A stretch of DNA of 64,000 nt from an uncultured Gammaproteobacteria bacterium (GCA_964510885.1 CAZEDL010000001.1:312982-376981); one strand, 5' to 3'; counted from the stretch's first letter, positions 46,705-56,655 are shown. Notes: generated by a model from the letters alone, not told the origin. Program-made: numbers and translations.

Positions 46705-48180
46705 CTACTCCCCCACTCGATAATTCGGTGCCGAACGCATTTCGCGCAAATCATGCGGGTGACTCTCTTTGAGACCGGCATTACTGATTTTAACGAGTAC
46801 TGCTTTCTGATGTAGTTCTTTTATCGTAGCGGCACCGACATACCCCATACCACTGCGGAGACCGCCGGCGAGTTGGTACAGAATCCGATCAACAGGTCCT
46901 TTATAGGCCACACGGCCGCTCACGCCCTCGGGAACAAATTTAGTTTTTTCTTTGACTTCGGCCTGGCCATAGCGATCTTTACTGCCACGCTCCATAGCTT
47001 CCATGCTGCCCATGCCGCGGTAGACTTTGAACATGCGGCCATCAATATATTCTACGCGGCCAGGTGATTCATCGGTACCGGCAAACATGTTGCCCATCAT
47101 CACCGTGTCGGCACCGGCAGCGAGCGCCTTCACAATATCACCAGACGTTTTTATTCCTCCGTCAGCGATAATAAGCGGATGTTTTTTTGTTTTTTTAAAT
47201 GCTGCAGCCACATCAAGAACGGCTGAAAGTTGCGGCACCCCGACTCCGGCTATAATACGCGTGGTACAGATAGAACCCGGGCCAATGCCTACTTTTACCG
47301 CATCGGCGCCAGCGGCGGCAAGGGCGAGAGCTGCAGTGCCGGTGGCGATATTACCTGCGATAATAGCCTGATCTTTGTAGGCTTTACGCAGGCGTTTCAC
47401 GGCGTTTATTACTCCACTCGAATGCCCATGGGCGGTATCTACGACCAGCACATCAACCCCGGCTCGAATGAGCGCTTCGGCCCGCTCAAAACCCGCATCG
47501 CCTACCCCGACTGCGGCACCGACCCGCAATTGCTTGGCAACGTTCTTGGCAGCGTCTGGATAGAGCTCGTTTTTTTCCATGTCTTTACGGGTCACGATGC
47601 TGACTAATTTTCCGGCCGTGTCGACAATACACAGGGTCTTGAGTTTATTTTTACGGATCATGGCATTCGCTTCCTCTAGGCGCATACCTGCTTGACCAAC
47701 TATTAATTCAGCGACGCTTTGCATCCGGAATTTGACCATAAGGTCGTTATCGTCTGGAGCAAAATAATCAACATCACTAATAAGACCGACGAGAACACCC
47801 TTACTATCTACCACGGGAATTTTCTTATAACCCTGCTCGGTGCGTAATTGCTGTACAAGGCTAATTTTATCTTCTGGTTTGACCGTGACGGGATTTTCAA
47901 TAAAGCCGTTTTCAAAACGCTTGACGCGCTGCACTTCGAGCACCTGTTCATCGATTGAAAGATTTTTATGAATAATGCCCATGCCACCAGCCAAGGCAAG
48001 TGCGATAGCCATTTTGTGCTCGGTAACGGTATCCATAGGTGCACTTAAAAAGGGCAATTGCAGCTTGATATCTGGCGTGAGCCAGGTCGCGAGCTCGGTG
48101 TCTTTGGGCAATAGATCAGAGGCTTGGGGCACGAGCAAGACATCGTCAAAGGTGAGCGTTTCTTGGAGAGGGGTAAACAT
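46705..48180 (-). CDS. guaB: IMP dehydrogenase (with CBS pair)
   Basis: [11 protein letters not shown], catalytic [31 protein letters not shown] subdomain. Confidence 0.9.
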   Translation of the reverse strand: MFTPLQETLTFDDVLLVPQASDLLPKDTELATWLTPDIKLQLPFLSAPMDTVTEHKMAIALALAGGMGIIHKNLSIDEQVLEVQRVKRFENGFIENPVTVKPEDKISLVQQLRTEQGYKKIPVVDSKGVLVGLISDVDYFAPDDNDLMVKFRMQSVAELIVGQAGMRLEEANAMIRKNKLKTLCIVDTAGKLVSIVTRKDMEKNELYPDAAKNVAKQLRVGAAVGVGDAGFERAEALIRAGVDVLVVDTAHGHSSGVINAVKRLRKAYKDQAIIAGNIATGTAALALAAAGADAVKVGIGPGSICTTRIIAGVGVPQLSAVLDVAAAFKKTKKHPLIIADGGIKTSGDIVKALAAGADTVMMGNMFAGTDESPGRVEYIDGRMFKVYRGMGSMEAMERGSKDRYGQAEVKEKTKFVPEGVSGRVAYKGPVDRILYQLAGGLRSGMGYVGAATIKELHQKAVLVKISNAGLKESHPHDLREMRSAPNYRVGE

Positions 48181-48243
48181 ATTTTGAAAAGTTCTAAGTA
48201 ACCTAATTTCTAATGTCTAATATAATGTCCAATGTTAATTTTA

Positions 48244-48615
48244 TTATCCTTTATTTTTTGAATTCTTTATGATTGTTATGAAAATTAAGTTTAATTCATG
48301 CGCTTCTTTCCATAACATTCGAGCCTTGACTATCTGTTCAGGTACTGCTCTACCAATCATACGCAACCAGTGTTTTGACTCTTTAGCTTCTTTATTGCAA
48401 ATTCCCATTTTATGCTCAAAATCTTTCTTGCTTTCGGCACAATCAGCTTCACAATAATTGGCTCCTACTGCTGTAGCTGCACGTACTCATTGATTTATAA
48501 TCGGTCCAGTTAAATCCGATTTGGGCAATAATTTTATAAAATCAATCACTGCTTCCCCAAAAGCTGCTGTTCTCTCTTCCAAATCATACTTTTTTGGAAA
48601 TTCCTCCTTAGACAT
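48244..48615 (-). pseudogene. Four-helix-bundle protein gene (the family often found in 23S rRNA intervening sequences), interrupted by an in-frame TGA at codon 43 (48487-48489)
   Basis: Minus-strand translation MSKEEFPKKYDLEERTAAFGEAVIDFIKLLPKSDLTGPIINQ*VRAATAVGANYCEADCAESKKDFEHKMGICNKEAKESKHWLRMIGRAV... Family hallmarks A.S.G.N..E.......EF..FL.IA..S..E. Both segments are in the same frame. Confidence 0.5.
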
Positions 48616-48700
48616 TTTATTAGAAATTAGGCCTTAGGTGAATTAGAAATTTTATACGGTTGTGCTATAGTATACTTGACTTTTAGCTAAAAAGACAACT

Positions 48701-50536
48701 ATGGAAGCCTCTAAAAATGAAATTGCAATTCTCGACTTTGGATCACAGTATACCCACCTCATTGCCCGGCGGATCAGAGAATTAGGAGTGGTTTCACACA
48801 TTTATCCGACCGATATAGCGGCCAAAAACCTTAAAAACGTAGTCGGCATTATTCTCTCGGGGGGGCCAAAAAGTGTCGTACGGGAAGAGACTCTCCCCTA
48901 TGACAAAGATATTTTTGATCTCGGAATTCCGATCTTGGGGCTCTGCTATGGCCACCAACTCATGGCCATGCATTTTGGTGGAGTGGTCGGAGCGGGTAGT
49001 GCTCGGGAATACGGGCAAGCCGAGCTAACGGTACAGGCTTCACCCATCTTCAAGAATATCCCTAAGCGCTCAACGGTGTGGATGAGTCATGGCGATCATG
49101 TATCGGTCGTCCCGCCGGGTTGGCAGGCTATTGCGGATAGTGGCGGCGAGGCAGTGGCGGCCATGGAATACTCCGAAAAAAAATGGTACGGATTCCAATT
49201 TCATCCGGAGGTGTATCACTCCGCGCACGGGAAAAAGATGTTAAGTAATTTTGTGTTTGATATCTGCGGAGCCAGCAAGAATTGGGATTCCAAAACGCAA
49301 CTGAAAACGGTAAGTGAAGAAATTAAACAGGCCGCGGGAGATAAAAATGTCTTTTTACTGGTGAGTGGAGGCGTGGATTCTACGGTCTGTTTCGCACTCC
49401 TTGAAAAAATACTGGGCAAGAATCGGGTGTACGGTTTGCATGTAGATAGTGGCCTCATGCGTCTTGATGAGAGTAAGAAAATTACTCGGGCTCTAAAACA
49501 AACTGGCTTTTCTAACTTACACGTTTATCACGCAGAAAAAGAATTTTTAAATCGACTAAAAGGAATTATTGAACCAGAACAAAAAAGAAAAATCATTGGC
49601 GACACCTTCCTCGACATCGTGGATCGGGTGATGAAAGAAAAAAACATGGATTCTGGTGGATGGCTCGTTGGCCAAGGCACCATTTACCCCGATACGATTG
49701 AATCCGGAGGAACCAAACATGCGGTGGTGATCAAAACTCACCACAACCGCGTGCCACGGATCCAGCAGATGATTGCGGAGGGAAAAATTATTGAACCGCT
49801 GAAAGAGTTATACAAAGATGAGGTGCGGGCAATTGGGCGCCAGCTTAAGCTACCAAAAGAATTAATTGAGCGGCATCCGTTCCCGGGGCCAGGACTGGGG
49901 ATTCGGATTTTGTGTTCAAAGGGGTCGAAAGAGAGAGCTACACCTATTGAAGGTGATAGATTCCCGCTGCTACGCGGGAATGACACTGAGGATAGTAATA
50001 CACTCTATTCCCTACCAATTAAATCCGTCGGTGTGCAGGGTGACGAACGATCGTATTCGCATCCAGCCATTATTATTGGGAACAGTCTGGCCGAAGAGAA
50101 AAAAATCTGGAAGACCATTCACACTCTAGCACCAGCTATTACCAATCAACATCATGAAGTGAATCGCGTGATGCTGCCTGTGCTGGGAGACAGAAAAAAA
50201 ATCTTGACATCGCGTGTGCATGCGGCAACCCTGACTAAAAAGCGAATTGCACTATTACAAAAAATCGATGCTATCGTGCATCGTTATGTGCTGGCAGCTA
50301 AATCATGTAGCCACATTTGGCAATTGCCGGTGGTGTTGGTGCCGTTTGGTTATAAGCACAGAGAATCAATCGTGCTCCGACCATTTCAATCCGAAGAAGT
50401 GATGACCGCTTCGTTTGCCCTGATCCCATGGCCAGTACTCAAAAAAATTCTGGCAGCGATTGCGAGGCTGAAAGCAGTTGATTTTGTGTTTTATGATGTG
50501 ACGAATAAGCCTCCTGGTACTATTGAATGGGAATAA
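48701..50536 (+). CDS. guaA: GMP synthase (glutamine-hydrolysing)
   Basis: GATase ILDFGSQYTHLIARRIRELGV, catalytic LGLCYGHQ, HPE. PP-loop VSGGVDSTV. C-terminal dimerisation domain. Confidence 0.9.
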   Translation: MEASKNEIAILDFGSQYTHLIARRIRELGVVSHIYPTDIAAKNLKNVVGIILSGGPKSVVREETLPYDKDIFDLGIPILGLCYGHQLMAMHFGGVVGAGSAREYGQAELTVQASPIFKNIPKRSTVWMSHGDHVSVVPPGWQAIADSGGEAVAAMEYSEKKWYGFQFHPEVYHSAHGKKMLSNFVFDICGASKNWDSKTQLKTVSEEIKQAAGDKNVFLLVSGGVDSTVCFALLEKILGKNRVYGLHVDSGLMRLDESKKITRALKQTGFSNLHVYHAEKEFLNRLKGIIEPEQKRKIIGDTFLDIVDRVMKEKNMDSGGWLVGQGTIYPDTIESGGTKHAVVIKTHHNRVPRIQQMIAEGKIIEPLKELYKDEVRAIGRQLKLPKELIERHPFPGPGLGIRILCSKGSKERATPIEGDRFPLLRGNDTEDSNTLYSLPIKSVGVQGDERSYSHPAIIIGNSLAEEKKIWKTIHTLAPAITNQHHEVNRVMLPVLGDRKKILTSRVHAATLTKKRIALLQKIDAIVHRYVLAAKSCSHIWQLPVVLVPFGYKHRESIVLRPFQSEEVMTASFALIPWPVLKKILAAIARLKAVDFVFYDVTNKPPGTIEWE

Positions 50537-50572
50537 TGAAAAAAACCTGCGACAGACGCAGGTTTTTTAGTA

Positions 50573-52042
50573 TCAGCCATAGGGCAGATCGGCCGGTGGT
50601 TCGTCGGCAGGAGCAACCGCTGGTGGCGGAGAGGATGGCACCGATGGCAACTTTCGTTTGAGCGGGCCTTCGCTGTGCTCCACAGGGAGTTCGGTCGGCG
50701 GCTCGGCACGTTTGGCACCAGCCTTCTGCAGAAGCGGTGTCTTGACGAACGGTAGTGGGAAGTGCCAAATGGTTGCTAATTCTTCGATATTTAAAATATA
50801 CGGATTCCCGAGAGCCTTTAATTTACGGCCTTTAAAGGCATGGATAAAATGATGCTTGTGATGGGCCAACCGGCGTTCTTTAAAGAGATAGTACGCCTCG
50901 GTCGTATGGTGCGGCAAAATGGCATTACTACTCATGACATGGAACTGGTTCATGGCACCCACCAAGCCATCGATTGACGGGCCGGGATTAAATACTTCGC
51001 GGCGGGCCGCATACAAGATGCGGATTTTTGATTTAAAGCCGATTTTAGAAATTTTTTGTTCAATGGCTTCTACGGTAGCTTTAAATCCGGGCGATAGATC
51101 GCTTAATTTACCAGCATGCTCTTCTTCGTGTCCACCATGATCATCCTCGCCTTCACCGCCAACCAAATTTGCTAAAATAAATTTTAATATCTCAAACGGC
51201 AGGTGCAAAATTTTAATCAGCCATTCAGACACGAACCCACCTCCGCCATGCCCTCCGTGTCCGCCATGTCCACCGGCGTGGCCACCGCCGGCGATGATCT
51301 CTTTCACCAGATCTATCCCCTTTTCTTTCCAAGCATTACCGGTCGGCTCAATGATGATCTGCATCCAGACATTTTCACCATGGCCAACGCGGCTGAAATT
51401 TTCGAGAATAGCGGCCATCGGGTCGCTAAACACTGCATCTTTACTCAGGTTATATTCAAAACTCGGATAGGTGCGGATCGGAAATGCGTCCGGCTCGTGG
51501 AGCGCAAACTCTACTGCAAACATGTCATAATCCGGATGCGGGTAATGATCAGGAATATTATCTACATAGTCTTCGACTTCGGTGATTTCCGCTTCGGTGT
51601 ACTGCGCATAGACAGCTGCTTCCACCAAATCACGGAATTCAGCTTCAGTGCGAATCAAAAATTGAATATAGCCCTCGATGCTGATAATCTCGAAACTGAA
51701 GGATTTTTGTTTTTTACCGAGCCAGTATTTTTGACCAATATTAGGGCTTACTTTGGCGCCGCTCAAATGCGCAAAAATTTGCTCCACGGCTTTTGGGGTT
51801 TGGATAAACATAGCGGGCACATCCACTGCGAGCAATACCCAGCGCCATTTTTTCTTATATTTTTTTCCCCGATATTCCCGCCATAATTCTGAACCCATGT
51901 AAAAAAATACCAAGGCCATGGCTGTCCAGCCAACAATGGAAAAAATTATGGTCACAAGCTCGGCCGGCGGCAATGACAAAATATCCTGCCAGACAGACAG
52001 ATCGAGACTGAAACCGAGCGGAGTGTCGATGATCCAGGGCAT
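50573..52042 (-). CDS. Hypothetical membrane protein, a paralog of the N-terminal ~420-aa domain of the TraD-like ATPase at 18051-20612 but without the ATPase. It has a His/Gly-rich insert and a Pro-rich C-terminal tail.
   Basis: Colinear similarity seen by eye: YAQYTEAEITEVEDY vs HAQYPHAEISVETDY; SDPMAAILENFSRV vs SDPLVAILNPLSKI; ATIWHFPLPFVKTP vs AGLWHLPIPHTETP. Also GGHAGGHGGHGGHGGGGF and APADEPPADLPYG. Confidence 0.5.
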   Translation of the reverse strand: MPWIIDTPLGFSLDLSVWQDILSLPPAELVTIIFSIVGWTAMALVFFYMGSELWREYRGKKYKKKWRWVLLAVDVPAMFIQTPKAVEQIFAHLSGAKVSPNIGQKYWLGKKQKSFSFEIISIEGYIQFLIRTEAEFRDLVEAAVYAQYTEAEITEVEDYVDNIPDHYPHPDYDMFAVEFALHEPDAFPIRTYPSFEYNLSKDAVFSDPMAAILENFSRVGHGENVWMQIIIEPTGNAWKEKGIDLVKEIIAGGGHAGGHGGHGGHGGGGFVSEWLIKILHLPFEILKFILANLVGGEGEDDHGGHEEEHAGKLSDLSPGFKATVEAIEQKISKIGFKSKIRILYAARREVFNPGPSIDGLVGAMNQFHVMSSNAILPHHTTEAYYLFKERRLAHHKHHFIHAFKGRKLKALGNPYILNIEELATIWHFPLPFVKTPLLQKAGAKRAEPPTELPVEHSEGPLKRKLPSVPSSPPPAVAPADEPPADLPYG

Positions 52043-52366
52043 ATGTGGGCATTACCTCCCTAAGTTCGCTTATTTATCAATAATACGATATACCCCACCG
52101 TACACTATCAGAATGCCGCCAGCAGTCCACCACCAGCCGTATTGGCCAGAAAAATAGCCGCTGACATAGGCCATGAGGCAAATACTGGCAGCGATGAAGG
52201 CTACCATATGGCGGATAAAATTATCGGTCATATGAAGTTACACAGAAAGCAAATGTCAGGAGTTACGTAGTTTTTATTTTTATCAGTATACCATTTTTAG
52301 AGAAAAAAATGAACAGGGTAATTAAAAAATCTTGCTGAGGAGCAAGATTTTTTGTGATTTTAACCG

Positions 52367-53272
52367 TTATTTTTTTCCCCACCGCTCGGCCATTACTACC
52401 AAGGGGCTAGCAATAAAGATTGATGAATAGGCGCCGCTCGCCATACCAATCAGAAGCGCCAGGGCAAAATTATGGATGGTCGAGCCGCCGAGGAAATAGA
52501 GGGCAAATAGCGGCAAAAGTACAGTGAAAGTGGTGTTGAGTGAACGCATCAGAGTTTCATTCAAACCGTTATTCACAATCTCTGGGAAGTTGTCTGCACT
52601 ATGGCGAGTCAGATTTTCGCGGATACGGTCGTATACTACGATCGTATCGTTGACCGAATATCCAAGTACGGTCAAAATGGCCACAATAAACGCGATGTCA
52701 ATTTCTACCCCTTTAAAATGGCCAAGGGCTGCAAAGATACCAAGCACAAGCAGCACATCATGCACCAGCGCCACAATGGCAAAGACGCCGTATTTCCAGC
52801 TAGCAACGGGGCGCGATACCTTGCGGAAGGCATAGGCCAAATAGAGGATAATGCTGACATTAACGAGAATAATAGCCCACAGCGAACGTTCCCGGAGTTG
52901 TTTACTCACGGCTGCACCAATGGTCTGAAAACTGTCTTCTTTTACAGCCACCTCTTTGGTCTGGAATTGATCGCGAATGGCTTTAAGCACCGTTTGATGC
53001 TCTTCTTCGCTGAGGAAACTGGTGCGGACAATAAGCCCAGCATCACCCGTTTTTTGAATGATACGTTCTTTGAGCCCTAATTTATCGAAGACTTGTTCTA
53101 CGGCGGTGACTTCGGGGCGATTTTTACTAAATGATACTTCGAGCAAGGATCCACCGGTAAAATCGATGCCTGGCTTGAGACCCCAGACAATAATGGCGGC
53201 GAGTGAAGCTACCATGGTAAGGGCAGCAATACTCAACCAAACTTTGCTATAACGAATAAAAGGAATCTTCAT
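52367..53272 (-). CDS. secF: Protein translocase subunit SecF
   Basis: Six-TM RND-like topology, conserved IDFTGG and LIVRT... motifs, directly downstream of secD. Confidence 0.85.
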   Translation of the reverse strand: MKIPFIRYSKVWLSIAALTMVASLAAIIVWGLKPGIDFTGGSLLEVSFSKNRPEVTAVEQVFDKLGLKERIIQKTGDAGLIVRTSFLSEEEHQTVLKAIRDQFQTKEVAVKEDSFQTIGAAVSKQLRERSLWAIILVNVSIILYLAYAFRKVSRPVASWKYGVFAIVALVHDVLLVLGIFAALGHFKGVEIDIAFIVAILTVLGYSVNDTIVVYDRIRENLTRHSADNFPEIVNNGLNETLMRSLNTTFTVLLPLFALYFLGGSTIHNFALALLIGMASGAYSSIFIASPLVVMAERWGKK

Positions 53273-53273
53273 A

Positions 53274-55325
53274 TTATTGTTTCCGGTAGCCTAAGAATAA
53301 GGAATTTCCGCGTTGACCGACGTGGACAAATACCAACCGCATAATGGTGCGGGTGACACTAATAGCAGTGAACAAGTTAATCAACGTACCGACGGCTAAA
53401 ATCACGGCAAAACCCTGAATAAAGCCGCTACCAAACCAGACTAAGAATACGCAGCTAATAAGGGCGGTAATATGACTATCTCGAATCGAGGGCCAAGAAC
53501 GGGCAAATGATTCTTCGGTGCTGGAGTTTAGTAGTTTTCCCGCTTGGAGCTCTTCTTTAAGACGTTCAAATACTAGGATATTAGCATCGACAGCCATACC
53601 AATCGAGAGGATAAACCCGGCAATACCGGCCAGGGTCATTGTGACACCGATCAGCTTGAAGACAGCTAAACTGAGAATAGCATAGAAAGCCAAAGAGAAG
53701 ACCGAGAGCAGGCCCGGCAAACGGTAGTAGATAACCATGAATAACATGACCAGCAGAAGCCCGTAGATACCAGCGCGGAAACTTTTTTGGAGCGAATCAA
53801 CACCAAGAGTCGCATCAACGGTTTGCTGACTGATCAATTCTACCGGCACTGGCAAGGCGCCTGAATTCAAGCGCTGTGCCAAGAGTTTGGCATCTTTCAG
53901 GCTAAAGCCACCGGAAATCACGGCGCTGCCGGTGTTGATCGCTTCGTTCACTATCGGGGCGCTGATTGGCTGGCCATCGAGGAAGACGGCGATCGGCTTG
54001 CCGACATTGCGGCCGGTGATCTCACTAAAGAGTTTGGCGCCTTCGTCGTTAAAATTCAGACTGACCTGGATTTGGCCGCTGCGCTGATCTTCGGTTACTT
54101 CGGCACGTTTCAATTGTTTGCCCGATAGACCGGTAGATTTCCACTGGTCAACCGGTGGGACAATATCAGTTTTGGTTTTGGTTTTAATGAAGAGATTGGC
54201 AATCTGAATCTGATCGGCCACCGCTTCATCAGTTTTATAAATCAAATGATAACCAAATTCAGTTTCAACTGGCTCGGAAATGGTGCCAACTTTCTGCGGC
54301 CAAACTACGGCTTCAAAGGCTTTCACCATTGCACCTTGTTTAAAGGTACCAAGGCTACCGCCGGTATTAGCCGCGCCTGGTTCGGTAGAATATTTTTTGA
54401 CTAGTTCTACAAAATTCTTTGGAGTGGCTTCTTTGCGGATTTCTTGAATCTTGGCGAGGGCTTGTTCTTTGGTATAGCTACTGCCTTCACAGCGAGTGGC
54501 GCCTTTGTAGCAGAGGAGCAAATGCGAAGCCGTCACGGTTTTTTCTCCGGCTTGCACGGCGAGGCGGCGCACGATATTCAAACCACTCACGGTTTTAATA
54601 GTAGTCGCGCTAACTTCACCATCTTTAAGGGTTTTGGCTGAGGCATAGAGCTCGGGGTAGACATCGGCGCTAATAAAACCGAGGTCGCCGGCTTTATCTT
54701 TGGTGGTGGTATCTTCGGAATACTTAGCTACAGCTTCAGAGTATGACATCCCTTTTTTAATCGCTTGGAGCGCGGTAGTGGCTTTTTGCTCAGCGGCTTT
54801 ATTGAAATCCGTCAGTTGTTTTTGTTCAGCGGCAGTCAGCTCGCGCGGGGCAGCGGTATTTTCTTCTTTAAATTCAAGGATCGGGGTTTCGCCAATACTC
54901 TTGATGGCTTCATTGACATCGGTGACGCCTGGCAACTCCACGATCACGCGATAGGCGCCGGCAACTTTCGTAGTTTGAACCAGTGGTTCGGCCACACCAA
55001 GGCCGCCACGGACGCGGCGTTCGATCACATCACGCACGCCTTCTACGGAATTAGCGCGGTCAGCTTCGGGAATATTGGTGGTGTTGGCTTCGTAGACGAG
55101 GTGAGCACCGCCTTGCAAATCAAGGCCGAGGTTGTAACCTTTTTCGGGAAAGCGGGGTAGGCCGAGATTGGTGGTTTGGTTAACTTTATCAATCGCCCGA
55201 TTGGCATAGTGCGGGGCAGCAATAATGCCGCAGAGCGCAAACAACAGGATGATTCCAGCCATGCGCCAGCGCAGCTGGGAGCGGGTAATTACTTTACGCG
55301 TGGGCAGTGGTTTTCGAATAGCCAT
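53274..55325 (-). CDS. secD: Protein translocase subunit SecD with a PpiC/parvulin-type peptidyl-prolyl isomerase domain embedded in the periplasmic head
   Basis: SecD TM1, P1 domain and C-terminal six-TM core (GLLSVFSLAFYAIL..., IGMAVDANIL). Inserted rotamase signature SHLLLCYKG...GGSLGTFKQGAMVKAFEAVVW...SEPVETEFGYHLIY. Confidence 0.8.
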   Translation of the reverse strand: MAIRKPLPTRKVITRSQLRWRMAGIILLFALCGIIAAPHYANRAIDKVNQTTNLGLPRFPEKGYNLGLDLQGGAHLVYEANTTNIPEADRANSVEGVRDVIERRVRGGLGVAEPLVQTTKVAGAYRVIVELPGVTDVNEAIKSIGETPILEFKEENTAAPRELTAAEQKQLTDFNKAAEQKATTALQAIKKGMSYSEAVAKYSEDTTTKDKAGDLGFISADVYPELYASAKTLKDGEVSATTIKTVSGLNIVRRLAVQAGEKTVTASHLLLCYKGATRCEGSSYTKEQALAKIQEIRKEATPKNFVELVKKYSTEPGAANTGGSLGTFKQGAMVKAFEAVVWPQKVGTISEPVETEFGYHLIYKTDEAVADQIQIANLFIKTKTKTDIVPPVDQWKSTGLSGKQLKRAEVTEDQRSGQIQVSLNFNDEGAKLFSEITGRNVGKPIAVFLDGQPISAPIVNEAINTGSAVISGGFSLKDAKLLAQRLNSGALPVPVELISQQTVDATLGVDSLQKSFRAGIYGLLLVMLFMVIYYRLPGLLSVFSLAFYAILSLAVFKLIGVTMTLAGIAGFILSIGMAVDANILVFERLKEELQAGKLLNSSTEESFARSWPSIRDSHITALISCVFLVWFGSGFIQGFAVILAVGTLINLFTAISVTRTIMRLVFVHVGQRGNSLFLGYRKQ

Positions 55326-55440
55326 AGCAGGAAATATCTAAAAAATATAAGGAAATTAAAGCTGCGGAGATGATAGCGAGTTTTGATTGGTTTGACAAGT
55401 GGACAAGGGGGAAATTTTTGTTGAATTTTGTTAACTACTA

Positions 55441-55469
55441 TTGACAAATTCTGTGATATATGCTAGTGT
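55441..55469 (+). promoter_or_regulatory. Promoter-like motif TTGACAAAT-N11-TGCTAG upstream of GC-rich islet 3 gene (shared with 55996-56024)
   Basis: ttgacaaattctgtgatatatgctagtgt, then SD GGAG and ATG at 55514. Confidence 0.4.
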
Positions 55470-55513
55470 CTGGCCTAACCAGGCGTTCAACGTAGCCTGG
55501 GGAGATCAAGTCA

Positions 55514-55813
55514 ATGAACAAGAATCAACAGAGGTGCATCTCTATCTCTTTTCCCGTCTCCTTTTCGTTGGCGGCGATGCTGGCAGCGGTGATTGGGATG
55601 GCGGCATTCTTCCTTCACTTCCGGCAGCAGCCGCAGTCGGGCCCACAGAACACCATTGAGTTCTGCAGCCCTGCCTACGCCTGTGTGGCTGGCTGCTCCG
55701 ATGCCGATCGCAAGGCAGGCAAGGACTGCTGCGACGCACCCACCCAGGATACCAAGGACAGCAAGGCGGGCAAGAAGGCGGCCAAGAAGGAAGCCGAGAA
55801 GAAGGGCGGCTAA
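55514..55813 (+). CDS. Small secreted Lys/Ala/Asp-rich low-complexity protein (GC-rich islet 3). It resembles the 15895-16095 product in composition.
   Basis: Signal/TM FPVSFSLAAMLAAVIGMAAFF. Cys cluster CSPAYACVAGCSDADRKAGKDCCDAP. Tail KDSKAGKKAAKKEAEKKGG. GC-rich codons. Confidence 0.4.
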   Translation: MNKNQQRCISISFPVSFSLAAMLAAVIGMAAFFLHFRQQPQSGPQNTIEFCSPAYACVAGCSDADRKAGKDCCDAPTQDTKDSKAGKKAAKKEAEKKGG

Positions 55814-55995
55814 CTTCCCTACCCACCACCAGACACCCCACAACCCACTGAGACTCAGTGCGGCAAATAGAAGAATCCCCAACTGTCTTTATCTAGTAAT
55901 TATTTTAATAGGTAAAGACAGGGATTACTTCTAAAGTAAGTGAATAACTCTGCTATATAGCGGGGTTATTTTTTTATACATTTTGTAAATTAAAC

Positions 55996-56024
55996 TTGAC
56001 AAATTTTTAAATATGTGCTAGCTT
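55996..56024 (+). promoter_or_regulatory. Promoter-like motif TTGACAAAT-N11-TGCTAG upstream of GC-rich islet 4 lipoprotein gene, followed by the palindrome tagcttcatcacaagcta
   Basis: ttgacaaatttttaaatatgtgctagctt. Spacing and both boxes are identical to 55441-55469. Confidence 0.4.
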
Positions 56025-56067
56025 CATCACAAGCTAGGCCCTTCAATTTGCCTAGTGGAGGACAACC

Positions 56068-56655
56068 ATGAAGCTGCCCCTTCTCTACGCCATCACCACC
56101 CCCCTGATCCTCTTGGGTGCGTCGTGCGGAACGGTCACCACCAACCCCCTCGACCTGCGTCCAACCTACTACCAGTGGGTGTCGCGGTGCCAGCTGGAGG
56201 GTGGCGCGCCACCCCCGACGGGCCCCAAGGACGTCAACGATACGGCCACCATGGCCAAGGCCAAGTACACGGCTGTCTACGCCGTGACACACCTCCAGCC
56301 GCAGAACTGCGCCGAGGCGCTGGCTGACCCGAACGCCCTGCTCCTGTGCGCTGATGGCGCGCAGAACTATACCCTCAAGGAGGGAGGGGATCCCAACAAG
56401 GCAGCGGACTGGATCCCCAACCCCAATGCCCCCTACCGCATCTGCCAACCTGGGGTCATCAGCCCGGCCCTGCTGGGCGATGGGCTCCACGACTTCAGTG
56501 GAAGCGGCCCGACCTGGACCCAGAAAGGGGGCCAATCCCAGATCGTGGCCAGCAAGGTGCCCAGCCCAGTCGGCTACGCCGGGATCAATGGGCAGAACGC
56601 CGCCGAGGCGCTCCTGCAGATCAGCCGTATCACCGGCGTCTACGCCACCAAGTAG
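56068..56655 (+). CDS. Hypothetical lipoprotein (GC-rich islet 4)
   Basis: Signal plus lipobox LILLGASCG. Strong SD GGAGG. Strongly GC-biased codons compared with the flanking genes. Confidence 0.5.
   Translation: MKLPLLYAITTPLILLGASCGTVTTNPLDLRPTYYQWVSRCQLEGGAPPPTGPKDVNDTATMAKAKYTAVYAVTHLQPQNCAEALADPNALLLCADGAQNYTLKEGGDPNKAADWIPNPNAPYRICQPGVISPALLGDGLHDFSGSGPTWTQKGGQSQIVASKVPSPVGYAGINGQNAAEALLQISRITGVYATK

Noticed and set aside
48487-48489. The in-frame TGA in the four-helix-bundle gene could signal UGA being a sense codon (code 25-like recoding) for the whole organism.
   Set aside because: Every long conserved gene in the window (secA, the 1,873-aa ORF, purL, dnaX, guaA and others) is uninterrupted under the standard code. 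Stops are TAA/TAG with intact C-termini. A reassigned UGA would fragment these ORFs.
52072-52230. A 52-codon minus-strand ORF encoding a two-TM peptide (MTDNFIRHMVAFIAASICLMAYVSGYFSGQYGWWWTAGGILIVYGGVYRIIDK) between the 50573 gene and secF.
   Set aside because: There is no convincing SD, it falls below the ORF-track length cutoff, and nothing in the sequence supports it, so a hydrophobic frame in AT-rich spacer could arise by chance. Left uncalled.
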